Positions 9,480 through 17,092 of a stretch of 64,000 bases of DNA are shown here, piece after piece. The notes under the pieces were generated by a model. That model was not told the origin of the DNA. It made no database searches and worked only from the letters and a program-made list of their open reading frames with translations. Both the position numbers and the translations under genes were made by a program. Origin of the DNA: a virus; IMG/VR virus record IMGVR_UViG_3300021976_000001, one strand, 5' to 3'. Numbering within the stretch: position 1 is the first letter of the stretch; each line of letters opens with the position of its first letter.

Positions 9480-10280
9480 TCACCCCTTTGCGATAGTTAG
9501 TTCGCCACCGATAATTCCCATGGCAGTTGCAGAACACTGAACCATAAAAGCCAAGCACGCATCGTCAGGTACTTCACGCAAACCAGACGAGAAAGCATCG
9601 TAAACGGCCGCAACGTTCAGGGTCTGGAGTGGAATGGTCACCAGCCGCTTGAGAAGGGTCAATCCCCAGTTTCCAGAAGTCTGAGTCACGCTCCAGCGAT
9701 AGGCCGTGACCGCTCTTACACCATAGTCTCCAGAGGGCAATGCCGCCTGATGCATGGATCCGGCAACACCAGCGTTCGCAGGCTTGGCAATAGTAGCTAT
9801 CTGACCAGTGGTGCCACCCTGATCCGTGAAGGTGACCGTGATCGTGGCGGCAGTTGCGTTACCCCATGCGGCATATTGTTCAGCCCAGAGTTCCACTCCT
9901 TCTCCAGACGTGAATCTGGTCAATGCAGAGGGAGAAATGGCTTGGTCAGTAGTCGCAGTGGCAGATAGTGCTGAGTCATGCCAAAGACGATCATATAGAA
10001 CCAAGGTCCCAGCCGCTTGAGAAGCAGCTGCGATGTATCCCAGATAGTTGTTAGCGACTCCAGCTGCGTTCACAAATGGGAAGGCACCTGCTGTCGTGTC
10101 GTCAGGGATAGCTCCGTTCACTGATCCCTGAGCGGCTCCAGCACCCGGTACACCAGCAACCGTCCACAAGCTATGTGTGCTCCCAATCTGAGCGGCTGTG
10201 AAGGCACTCTTCATATAGTTCCTGGTCTCACCAGCCGTAAGAGCGGCAACCAATCCATCAAGAGTTGTAATTGCCATCAT
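9480..10280 (-). CDS. hypothetical protein (266 aa), structural-looking
   Basis: ORF track. Ala/Gly/Thr-rich. Immediately upstream of the repeat protein. Confidence 0.55.
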   Translation of the reverse strand: MMAITTLDGLVAALTAGETRNYMKSAFTAAQIGSTHSLWTVAGVPGAGAAQGSVNGAIPDDTTAGAFPFVNAAGVANNYLGYIAAASQAAGTLVLYDRLWHDSALSATATTDQAISPSALTRFTSGEGVELWAEQYAAWGNATAATITVTFTDQGGTTGQIATIAKPANAGVAGSMHQAALPSGDYGVRAVTAYRWSVTQTSGNWGLTLLKRLVTIPLQTLNVAAVYDAFSSGLREVPDDACLAFMVQCSATAMGIIGGELTIAKG

Positions 10281-10546
10281 TCCTCTTTCGGTATGCGAGC
10301 CATCCGCTTGATCTCCGTGAACAGGGCGCTAGGCGGCACACCGTCGTGAACGGCATGGAACATGCACATGTCCACCGACCGAGTGTCTCCTGCCAACAGT
10401 CGTTCTTCGGAGTAGGCCACGATTGACTCAGCAATGTCGGACATAGAAGCGCCACCCGTCACGGCAGCTTGCGTCGCGGCCCTTAGCGCTGTCAAGTCAT
10501 GAGTGGCCAGGGCTTCCTCTATTTCAGGAACCCTAGCCACGATCAT
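10277..10546 (-). CDS. hypothetical protein (89 aa)
   Basis: ORF track; overlapping stop/start with its neighbours. Confidence 0.5.
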   Translation of the reverse strand: MIVARVPEIEEALATHDLTALRAATQAAVTGGASMSDIAESIVAYSEERLLAGDTRSVDMCMFHAVHDGVPPSALFTEIKRMARIPKEE

Positions 10547-11058
10547 CCACTGCTTCGGTAGAAGCCAGCAGCCGCCACGCTAGCGGTCACATCGCTACCA
10601 TCTGGAGTGATGGGGAAATCGTGACACGTGAGGGGAATCACACCGGTGGTAGGCGCCGTACTGTCGGGGCAGAAGCAAACCAGCAGATCGGTCCAAGCGG
10701 TGCCCGCCGAAATGCCAGGGCCAGACCATGTCACATCAGGAATGTCCAGATCTAGGCGCTCGTTGGCGTCGTCTGGTGCCGGCACGGCAGCGAGATCTGC
10801 ATCTGTCAGAACCTTGCGTGCGTAGCCGGCATTGGTCACCTCGTTTGGCGTACCAGCAAGAAGCAGGAGCAAGGTGTCGTAATCCCTCAGGGCAGCGTCT
10901 GTCTCAGCACCAGCATCAATGGCAACGATCTGGAAACAGGCATTGGCTGTTGAGGTGAAAGCAGGAGTGCCAGCCGCCGTAACAACCAGGCTGTTCTCAA
11001 CTGCGTGATAGTAGTAGGCCAGCTTGCCTCTTGCAATGTTGAAAACGAAATCAGCCAT
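10543..11058 (-). CDS. hypothetical protein (171 aa)
   Basis: ORF track. AAAGAGGGAACAA precedes the ATG. 8-nt overlap with the upstream gene. Confidence 0.55.
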   Translation of the reverse strand: MADFVFNIARGKLAYYYHAVENSLVVTAAGTPAFTSTANACFQIVAIDAGAETDAALRDYDTLLLLLAGTPNEVTNAGYARKVLTDADLAAVPAPDDANERLDLDIPDVTWSGPGISAGTAWTDLLVCFCPDSTAPTTGVIPLTCHDFPITPDGSDVTASVAAAGFYRSSG

Positions 11059-11467
11059 TTGTTCCCTCTTTCAGTTCGGCAATTCGGGTTGACCTTAGAC
11101 GATCCTCAAGCTGCGCCTTTAGTTCGTCTATCTTGAGTTGCGTATTCCTCAAGGCTTCAGCAGCCTCTGGAGAAGGCTCCCGCCCAGCAGCCCTATTCAG
11201 TGCAATCACTTCTCTCATCATTGCAAGCTCTCGGATGGTGGCATCCAACTCCGCTTGCATAGCCGCCGTCATGTTGCTATTCACAAGAACGTGAATGGTG
11301 TCCAGTTTGGTATTGGTCGTGGACTGGTTATCCTTTAGATCGGAAGCAACGTTGTCTTGCCGCTGCATATCCTCAATACGATCACCCTTGTTAGATCTAT
11401 TGACCAAGTAGGCCACTAGAAACGCACTGCTCAAGGAAGTCATAACGTATCCCAAGAAGTTGATCAT
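11051..11467 (-). CDS. membrane-anchored coiled-coil protein (~138 aa)
   Basis: Start at MINFLGYV (ATGA overlap with the upstream stop). N-terminal hydrophobic helix followed by heptad-like Q/E/L-rich sequence. Confidence 0.55.
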   Translation of the reverse strand: MINFLGYVMTSLSSAFLVAYLVNRSNKGDRIEDMQRQDNVASDLKDNQSTTNTKLDTIHVLVNSNMTAAMQAELDATIRELAMMREVIALNRAAGREPSPEAAEALRNTQLKIDELKAQLEDRLRSTRIAELKEGTNG

Positions 11468-11901
11468 TGCGCTCGCCTTTCCCGAGCCTCCTTCACACAA
11501 TCCCGGTCGGGCACGGCTTCCAGGATTGCCTGATTGATCTGCTCCGCCAGTACCTGCACTTCCTCAGGATTGCTACTGGTATTGACGATCTGGTCAAAAA
11601 CCAGACGGAACACACCCCGAATGCTGGCCCGGCTATCACGACTAAGTTCGCAGTTCTCCTGCTGAGACTGCTCAAACTTCTCTTCCAGCTTATCCCTTGC
11701 ATCCTTGCCGGAGGTCCAAACATAGAAGGTAAGCACGAACATGCCGGCGATAACCACGCCAATGAGACCAAACACAACTCGGCTGGTTCGCCTTGACTTC
11801 TTCAAACCTCTCAACTCAGTCAGAGCTTCCTCAAGACTGCCCTGAAGCTCTTCCAGCTTGGCCATCAGCTGGGTGGTGCCGCCGTCACTCATATCACTCA
11901 C
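11464..11901 (-). CDS. coiled-coil / single-pass membrane protein (145 aa)
   Basis: GTG start in a GTGA overlap. The central segment VVFGLIGVVIAGMFVLTFYVW looks transmembrane. Confidence 0.55.
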   Translation of the reverse strand: MSDMSDGGTTQLMAKLEELQGSLEEALTELRGLKKSRRTSRVVFGLIGVVIAGMFVLTFYVWTSGKDARDKLEEKFEQSQQENCELSRDSRASIRGVFRLVFDQIVNTSSNPEEVQVLAEQINQAILEAVPDRDCVKEARERRAQ

Positions 11902-12050
11902 AGGTTCGTACCCTTCTCCAAAGTCTTCTCGGCCTTATCAAGGGTCTGCCGCAGGTCTTCCATCACAATACGAAGACGAGCCTTGACCCTTTCCGTTTCG
12001 TTGATCTCTTCATCTCGCTCTTCCTTGGTCCTAACGAATGGCCATTTCAT
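11898..12050 (-). CDS. small charged helical protein (50 aa)
   Basis: Hand-translated MKWPFVRTKEERDEEINETERVKARLRIVMEDLRQTLDKAEKTLEKGTNL. ATGA overlap upstream and GTGA overlap downstream. Confidence 0.4.
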   Translation of the reverse strand: MKWPFVRTKEERDEEINETERVKARLRIVMEDLRQTLDKAEKTLEKGTNL

Positions 12051-12346
12051 GACAGACCTCGCTGCATGCGAATGTCCTTCAAGACCCCATATATCTCCAC
12101 CATCAGGTGGTGATTCTGCTCATCAAACGCAGTGCGGCTAGCAATGATCTCAGAAGAACGTTTGATGAGAGGAACCAGTTCCACCATGTTGCCTATCATC
12201 ACCTCCCGTTGTTGGACAAGCTCATCCCGCTCTTTGACCAACCTACGGAAGAAGAAGATGACAATCCAGGCCATAACAAGAACAGCCAGACCAAGCAATC
12301 CTCGGTCCAGCAGCATGCTCGTTGGATCACTGGTCTGGGAGATCAT
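12047..12346 (-). CDS. membrane protein (99 aa)
   Basis: ORF track. Hydrophobic segment LLGLAVLVMAWIVIFFF. Confidence 0.5.
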   Translation of the reverse strand: MISQTSDPTSMLLDRGLLGLAVLVMAWIVIFFFRRLVKERDELVQQREVMIGNMVELVPLIKRSSEIIASRTAFDEQNHHLMVEIYGVLKDIRMQRGLS

Positions 12347-12453
12347 CCAGAACCTTTACATCGGCCCCCAGGCTGATTGGATGATGAGGTGGCTACCCGC
12401 CCTCAGCTGCGATGCTGTCGGACGGGTAACCACCCCATCGCTGACCCGATCCG

Positions 12454-12663
12454 CTAGGTCAGGTCGTTGAACTCGCCGGCGCCACACGCCTGCACGAAAG
12501 CGGAGAACTCCTCACGGGTGTGGACGGTGGCGTCCTTGAACTGGCTGTTGCGGATGGCGATCTTGCCATCGCTCATCTCAGCCACTTCCACACACATGGG
12601 CTGATCAGCGTTGCAGAACTGCTCGCTGGCCTTGCGCCATGTCAGCTTCTTGACTTCCTTCAC
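12454..12663 (-). CDS. DUF397 (BldB-family-like) small protein
   Basis: WRKASEQ...CVEVAE...IAIRNSQ...F..F matches the DUF397 pattern WRKSS..CVEVA..V.VRDSK. GTG start after AGGAGGG; the ORF extends to 12690. Confidence 0.6.
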   Translation of the reverse strand: MKEVKKLTWRKASEQFCNADQPMCVEVAEMSDGKIAIRNSQFKDATVHTREEFSAFVQACGAGEFNDLT

Positions 12664-12671
12664 GATCCCTC

Positions 12672-13316
12672 CTATGGGGTCTGTTGGCACTCACTGATGC
12701 CTTGCTTCACCAGGTTGAGATACGCCTGGGCAGCGGGCACAGCATAGGGCGCTGCGGACCATGCAAACCAGTCCTCCGGCACGTTGATATGGACGTTGTC
12801 CAAGGCTAAGTACTCGGGGTGCGAGTACACCGTGTTGGACCAGTCCATAACGAAGGTGTTCGGCCGAGTACTGGCAGCCGCTTCCATGTCGGTACGGACA
12901 GCGTTGAGGTTCGCAGCCGCCGTGCCCGGAATAGCTGGATGCGGCTTGATGAGAACTACGCAGGAGGAATCAGAAGCTGTGTAGATCAGGCTGAACAACT
13001 CCGCCCGCTCATGCGCCCCGTACCTGTCTGCCATGTTCTGCCCAAAGGCGATCACCACGGTCTCTGGCGACCGAGCAGGATCTGCCACCAACTGCGTCAG
13101 CCTGGGCTGAGCGTGCTTTGGCTCCCAGCCTGGGTACGTCAGCTGGTCGCTCTCGGCGTTGTTGGCCATCTCATCCTGACCGTACAGGATTGCTTGCCAC
13201 AGGATGCTGTCGCCGACTAGGGCGACGCTGTTTGGTACTGGCTGCTGCTTTGCTGGTGCCTCGCAAGTACCGACGACAAATGCCACCGCACTCACGAGAA
13301 TTGCGAGATACTTCAC
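12672..13316 (-). CDS. exported SGNH/GDSL-type hydrolase (esterase), possible lipoprotein
   Basis: VALVGDSILWQ is GDSL block I. N-terminus KYLAILVSAVAFVVGTCEA looks like a signal or lipoprotein peptide. GTG start after GGAGGA in a GTGA overlap. Confidence 0.6.
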   Translation of the reverse strand: MKYLAILVSAVAFVVGTCEAPAKQQPVPNSVALVGDSILWQAILYGQDEMANNAESDQLTYPGWEPKHAQPRLTQLVADPARSPETVVIAFGQNMADRYGAHERAELFSLIYTASDSSCVVLIKPHPAIPGTAAANLNAVRTDMEAAASTRPNTFVMDWSNTVYSHPEYLALDNVHINVPEDWFAWSAAPYAVPAAQAYLNLVKQGISECQQTP

Positions 13317-13582
13317 GGTCCTCCTTGTTCCATTTCTTCCCAAACCTGCCCCTTGTCCAGGAGCCCTTGGGATTGGGCGATCTCCGTTTGTTCTGCTTCG
13401 GTCAACAGGCCCTGGAATGCTTCCCGCCCCGGTTGTGGAGCCAACAGGCCCGTCTCTTCTGCGTCACCTGTGATGTAGATGGCACGCAGCTTCTCGTATG
13501 CCTCAGGGCTGTGTGGGAAGGGCTGAATGCCCAGGGCGTTTGTCTTGCCGCCGAACTCACTCGGGGGATATGGGTCGCTCAT
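13313..13582 (-). CDS. hypothetical protein (89 aa)
   Basis: Internal start MSDPYPP forms an ATGA overlap with the upstream gene; the longer ORF to 13747 is probably an artefact. Confidence 0.45.
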   Translation of the reverse strand: MSDPYPPSEFGGKTNALGIQPFPHSPEAYEKLRAIYITGDAEETGLLAPQPGREAFQGLLTEAEQTEIAQSQGLLDKGQVWEEMEQGGP

Positions 13583-13812
13583 AAGCCTGCCACCGTTCTG
13601 TTGCGTGTCACGACGTCTGCCTTGGCCAACACCAAAGCGGCTGTCTTGTTCGCCTCGGTTATGGGTGGACCAGTGACAGGAGTGTTGTCCACAACCCAAG
13701 CAAACGTAGCGACAATGTCTTTGGTTCTGGTATCCATAACTCGCCACTCTGAAGGGGTGCCTAGCACAACTTGAAACACGAAATCACTACCGGGCGGTAT
13801 CTGCAGACTCAC
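13579..13812 (-). CDS. hypothetical protein (77 aa)
   Basis: ORF track; coupled overlaps on both sides. Confidence 0.45.
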   Translation of the reverse strand: MSLQIPPGSDFVFQVVLGTPSEWRVMDTRTKDIVATFAWVVDNTPVTGPPITEANKTAALVLAKADVVTRNRTVAGL

Positions 13813-14039
13813 GCAGCCATCCTCTCAAAGATCAGGGTGTACTTGCCCCGGGCCTGATTGCCCTTGCCCATGGAGTGATTGTTCTGGAACGTCTCCTTCA
13901 ACGCCCAGCCCTCACGCCATGCCCCGTTGATCAGGTCCTGGTCCAGGCTGAAGACGTCCGTGACAACGTAGTGATCGCCAGCTGCGTCAGCGTCGTGGAA
14001 GGCGTTGCCCACATGCTTGTTTCTCGTAAGTAGTCCCAT
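13809..14039 (-). CDS. hypothetical protein (76 aa)
   Basis: ORF track. Confidence 0.45.
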   Translation of the reverse strand: MGLLTRNKHVGNAFHDADAAGDHYVVTDVFSLDQDLINGAWREGWALKETFQNNHSMGKGNQARGKYTLIFERMAA

Positions 14040-14059
14040 GGCGTGTCACCCTACCACGT

Positions 14060-14527
14060 CTAGATGACTTGAGCGTTCTGCTTGGAGAACTTGATCTGTT
14101 GCAGGCGGTAAGCGTTGGCTCGGAACAGGCCCCGCCACGTCTCTACGATTCTCTGTGGACCACCACGCCAAGTGGTGAATTCCTGACGGGCCATGTAGTC
14201 AATGACGTTGCGATCCGAGACCAGGATGACGCCGGCTGCGATGTTCAGGGCGACGGTGTTGGTGGCTGCCTGATTGGCAATGTCTTCGTTGCCGAGCCAC
14301 GTGCCGCCGGTCACAGCTGTCCAGTACGACACCCAAGCGTACGACTCGGTAGCTGTGACTTCTCCACCCGAATAGGCCACGACGGCGTCCTGCGGCAGCC
14401 GACCCGACCCATCCATGAACTCACTTACTGAAAGGACCTTCCGAGTTGTATTGGTCGCAGGGTTGGCAGCACCGCCCACACCGGGGTCGGCAGTGTGCAT
14501 CTTCACGAAGACAGTGTCCAGACTCAT
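14060..14527 (-). CDS. hypothetical protein (~155 aa)
   Basis: Start at MSLDTVFVKMHTADPGVGGAAN, preceded by GGAGG; the ORF extends to 14674. Confidence 0.55.
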   Translation of the reverse strand: MSLDTVFVKMHTADPGVGGAANPATNTTRKVLSVSEFMDGSGRLPQDAVVAYSGGEVTATESYAWVSYWTAVTGGTWLGNEDIANQAATNTVALNIAAGVILVSDRNVIDYMARQEFTTWRGGPQRIVETWRGLFRANAYRLQQIKFSKQNAQVI

Positions 14528-14580
14528 GTCATTACCTCCATGCGTTGGGCGGCAGGCTAGCAGCCACACCGGCACTTCGG

Positions 14581-14745
14581 CTATCTCAACCAGCCCCAGC
14601 CCTCGCACACGGCACAGACCACGTCCTTCCAGGTGACACGGCGCCGTACGTGCATAACCCCCGTGCCCTGGCACTTGTAACAGCGATCACCGCCTGCGTA
14701 GGGCTCCACCACATTCGTGACCCAGAACCGAAGAAACTCGTCCAC
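14581..14745 (-). CDS. small DnaJ-type zinc-finger protein (54 aa)
   Basis: Hand-translated, not in the track. Two CxxCxGxG motifs (CYKCQGTG, CAVCEGWG). GTG start after AAGGGG. Confidence 0.5.
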   Translation of the reverse strand: MDEFLRFWVTNVVEPYAGGDRCYKCQGTGVMHVRRRVTWKDVVCAVCEGWGWLR

Positions 14746-14815
14746 CTTAAACCCCTTGATATCTGCTCTATACGGGTGTCACACCGTCCGCCCGGTACTG
14801 CATATCCACCTCTTC

Positions 14816-15340
14816 TTACCGACCATCGTGGATCCTATTCTCCAACTGCAAGTCACACCGAATGCACATGTGATCAAGCGGAAATTGTCCTCGCTGAGGA
14901 GCATGCGGTGTGTTCCGCATGTAGTTGATTTTCTGGTCGTTGGCCTGCTCAGGAGACACAACTCGTGCTTCTGAGATGTTCAGACCCAAGCCTTCGTACC
15001 GAGCAACTACATCCTGCATAGCTGCCCTTTCCTCAGGAGTGGGATTCACCAAGCTGATCGGCTCCCACTCCCGCTCCACGTACAGAAAGCGGCGATGACC
15101 AGGCTCAGTGTAATTGGTGCCACCACCGTTGGACTGGATCAGCTTCCAGCGTGCCTCGTGCAGTGCCTCCAGCACTTTCGTGACGTAGTTCTTGGCGGTA
15201 GCCAGGCGTTCGCACTCGGTCAACAGATACTCACCTACCGGACCGGTCTCAGCGACGTTGCCGTTGCCGTCACATTCGGTACAGCCGGCGTGCATGGCCA
15301 ACGCACCGATCAACACTGGGGTCTTTCTCCACTTCTCCAT
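14816..15340 (-). CDS. hypothetical protein (~174 aa)
   Basis: Start at MEKWRKTPV after GGGAG; the N-terminal part of the 258-aa ORF is Cys/Ser-rich and looks non-coding. Confidence 0.5.
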   Translation of the reverse strand: MEKWRKTPVLIGALAMHAGCTECDGNGNVAETGPVGEYLLTECERLATAKNYVTKVLEALHEARWKLIQSNGGGTNYTEPGHRRFLYVEREWEPISLVNPTPEERAAMQDVVARYEGLGLNISEARVVSPEQANDQKINYMRNTPHAPQRGQFPLDHMCIRCDLQLENRIHDGR

Positions 15341-15474
15341 TACCACTCCCTGAAGCCTTGACGATAGTGGACATGGCTGAACCACTTCCACGGGCGACGC
15401 TTGATGTACTGCGCATGCCCCACGGAACGCCACACGAACCAATCCTTGACGGCAAGCAAGTAAACAAAGATCAC
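15340..15474 (-). CDS. small Trp/basic-rich peptide (44 aa)
   Basis: Hand-translated VIFVYLLAVKDWFVW.... GTGA overlap upstream and TAATG overlap downstream. Confidence 0.35.
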   Translation of the reverse strand: MIFVYLLAVKDWFVWRSVGHAQYIKRRPWKWFSHVHYRQGFREW

Positions 15475-15596
15475 TTGCGCTCCTTTGAGAAGAACAAGAT
15501 GTATGCGACAGAGATCCAGCCAATGCAACCAAGGACAACGAACCACAAAGGTGGATGCAGCACGAAGTCCCACACGTTGACCACCCAATCAAACAT
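15471..15596 (-). CDS. small membrane peptide (41 aa)
   Basis: Hand-translated MFDWVVNVWDFVLHPPLWFVVLGCIGWISVAYILFFSKERK. Confidence 0.35.
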   Translation of the reverse strand: MFDWVVNVWDFVLHPPLWFVVLGCIGWISVAYILFFSKERK

Positions 15597-15676
15597 CAGT
15601 CCCCCGTGCCGTACTTGCCGAAGTCGGTGTAGGACAGCGCCCACACGCCAACACTAGCGATCAAGATGAACCACAT
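15596..15676 (-). CDS. small membrane peptide (26 aa)
   Basis: Hand-translated MWFILIASVGVWALSYTDFGKYGTGD. TGATG overlap downstream. Confidence 0.3.
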   Translation of the reverse strand: MWFILIASVGVWALSYTDFGKYGTGD

Positions 15677-16206
15677 GGTTTCAGCTCTTTCTGTAGTTTT
15701 CTGGACAACACTATCAGATGCTTCAGTGCCGGCATGGCATCGTCATTTGACTTGCCCGGCTGCCATAAGCCCCAGCGACGAAGCATGTCGTCACTTATGA
15801 CCTGCATCTCACTGGGTAGCTGCATCCGTACGTCCACCTTACCATCTGTCTCTGGCTCTAGCCAAAGGTAGAACGTAAGCTTCGCAGCTAGCTCCACTGG
15901 CGATAGTGCATCGCTGTGTAAGTTTGCGTACGGATGAAGAACGAAACCCTCATACACCAGGATGGTCCTGACGTCGTACGCCCGCTGTTTCCCCTGGCCT
16001 GCCTTGGTCATGATCTCAAGCAGGAACTCACGAATGGCTATGCACTGGTCATTCAACGACCCCATGACCTGAAAGGCCTCGCCCCTGCCCGCCTTGAACG
16101 CCTTCACAACCGTGATGTGAGGAGGCTCGTCAGACTTCGGCTTGTACAGGGCATGCGCCACGCCTGTTTCCCCGCCCGGGTCAATCGCTATCAAATTCAA
16201 CAACAT
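15661..16206 (-). CDS. RuvC-like Holliday junction resolvase
   Basis: N-terminal LIAIDPGGETG is the RuvC-type first acidic motif, and a C-terminal DDAMPALKH is present. Start at MLLNL after GGAG; the ORF extends to 16335. Confidence 0.6.
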   Translation of the reverse strand: MLLNLIAIDPGGETGVAHALYKPKSDEPPHITVVKAFKAGRGEAFQVMGSLNDQCIAIREFLLEIMTKAGQGKQRAYDVRTILVYEGFVLHPYANLHSDALSPVELAAKLTFYLWLEPETDGKVDVRMQLPSEMQVISDDMLRRWGLWQPGKSNDDAMPALKHLIVLSRKLQKELKPCGSS

Positions 16207-16243
16207 TGGGATCTCCTTCTGGACAGTGCATACTGAAGCCATG
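16189..16243 (+). repeat. copy 1 of a ~55-bp direct repeat (promoter-like on +; also carries the RBS and start of the RuvC-like gene on -)
   Basis: Aligns by eye with 16534-16590: AT(C/T)AAATTCAACAACAT..ATCTCCTTCTGGA..GCATACT......ATG. Confidence 0.7.
16206..16234 (+). promoter_or_regulatory. candidate promoter P1 (-35 TTGGGA, 17-nt spacer, -10 CATACT), ATG 6 nt downstream (leaderless)
   Basis: Hexamers and spacing were counted directly, and the geometry is identical to P2. Confidence 0.4.
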
Positions 16244-16525
16244 CTCAACATCACCACCCCGGACAGGCCCGACATCTCTGAGGCTGGCGTCACGTTGATC
16301 GGTGTGCCCGTGGGCAACACCCGTGGCGCTCGCATTCAAGCCGTGATCCACTACACCAACGGCATCACCGACGTGCTGGAGTACGACACCATCGCCGGCT
16401 GGGATCCTGAAAGGGGTTTCGGTGGATGGGAGCTGGACAGCATTCTGATCCAAGTCTCCGTCATGGCGGCTATTGCCTGGCTGCGAGATCTACTGGTGCC
16501 GCCTTGCAGCCCCATCGCCAGCTGA
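16241..16525 (+). CDS. plus-strand hypothetical protein (94 aa)
   Basis: Third-position G/C is about 78% by manual count (73/94 codons). The ATG sits 6 nt after the -10-like hexamer. The antisense minus-strand ORF looks non-coding. Confidence 0.6.
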   Translation: MLNITTPDRPDISEAGVTLIGVPVGNTRGARIQAVIHYTNGITDVLEYDTIAGWDPERGFGGWELDSILIQVSVMAAIAWLRDLLVPPCSPIAS

Positions 16526-16533
16526 ACACCGAG

Positions 16534-16590
16534 ATTAAATTCAACAACATGCTTGCGATCTCCTTCTGGAAGGCGCATACTTCGCTCATG
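16534..16590 (+). repeat. copy 2 of the ~55-bp direct repeat
   Basis: See copy 1. On the minus strand it retains GGAG plus ATG TTG TTG AAT TTA ATC, but that frame stops after 26 codons. Confidence 0.7.
16553..16581 (+). promoter_or_regulatory. candidate promoter P2 (-35 TTGCGA, 17-nt spacer, -10 CATACT), ATG 6 nt downstream
   Basis: Same geometry as P1. Confidence 0.4.
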
Positions 16591-16776
16591 ACCGCAACCA
16601 GCACCACAGTCACCCGCTGCGCCTTCACTCACCCCGACTACAAGAATCAGCGCTGCCCCGAGCGCCCGGTTGCCAAGATCCAGGAACTCCCGGCGTTCAC
16701 CGGCATGGTCCGCAACGCCTGTGAGTACCACCGCAACGTCCTCGTCGGCTCCGCTACCTGGAGGATCGTATACTAG
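16588..16776 (+). CDS. plus-strand small Cys/His protein (62 aa)
   Basis: MTATSTTVTRCAFTHPDYKNQRCPERP...ACEYH. Third codon position is G/C-rich. Followed by an intrinsic terminator. Confidence 0.55.
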   Translation: MTATSTTVTRCAFTHPDYKNQRCPERPVAKIQELPAFTGMVRNACEYHRNVLVGSATWRIVY

Positions 16777-16793
16777 CTCCACGAGCCAGCCAG

Positions 16794-16952
16794 CTAAGCC
16801 TCGGCCGCAGGGTCGGGGCTTTGTTGCGTTGAGACACGATCACAGTTGGGGCACACCCGCAAGCGCACGTGCACGTGCTCGGCATGTGTACTACCAATCC
16901 ACACCCGGTCGCCGCAGCACAGCCTGCACGTCTTCCGTGTCCACGGCTTCAT
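16794..16952 (-). CDS. small zinc-ribbon protein (52 aa)
   Basis: Hand-translated MKPWTRKTCRLCCGDRVWIGSTHAEHVHVRLRVCPNCDRV.... ATGA overlap with the upstream ORF. Confidence 0.5.
   Translation of the reverse strand: MKPWTRKTCRLCCGDRVWIGSTHAEHVHVRLRVCPNCDRVSTQQSPDPAAEA
16798..16826 (+). terminator. intrinsic terminator for the plus-strand cassette
   Basis: 8-bp stem GCCTCGGC/GTCGGGGC (two G:U pairs), 6-nt loop, then TTTGTTG. It lies inside the 3' end of a convergent minus-strand ORF. Confidence 0.55.
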
Positions 16953-17092
16953 CGCCTAGGGAACATCCCTTGAAGAATGCTTCTCATCTGCACCACCAGG
17001 TACCTCGTCATAGCGCATTCCAGACAGTCCCGGCCTTTGCCGTGACAGCACTCGCCGGCTAATAGGCGCTCCACGTCGTTGTCCTCAGGCAC
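16949..17092 (-). CDS. small Cys-rich protein (~47 aa)
   Basis: C-terminal part of the 98-aa ORF (ECCHGKGRDCLEC). GTG start is proposed; the N-terminal part of the ORF is Arg/Gly-rich and doubtful. Confidence 0.35.
   Translation of the reverse strand: MPEDNDVERLLAGECCHGKGRDCLECAMTRYLVVQMRSILQGMFPRR

Noticed and set aside
16241-16776. The claim that the plus-strand cassette has foreign base composition (horizontal acquisition).
   Set aside because: My manual count of third-position G/C gave about 78% for ORF1 and about 75% for the first 40 codons of the neighbouring RuvC-like gene. No compositional contrast can be asserted without a proper computation.
16351-16782. Minus-strand 143-aa ORF spanning the plus-strand cassette.
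   Set aside because: The translation is Gly/Ala/Arg-rich and low in complexity, and it has no RBS. The plus frames show the third-position G/C bias. The terminator orientation also fits plus-strand transcription.
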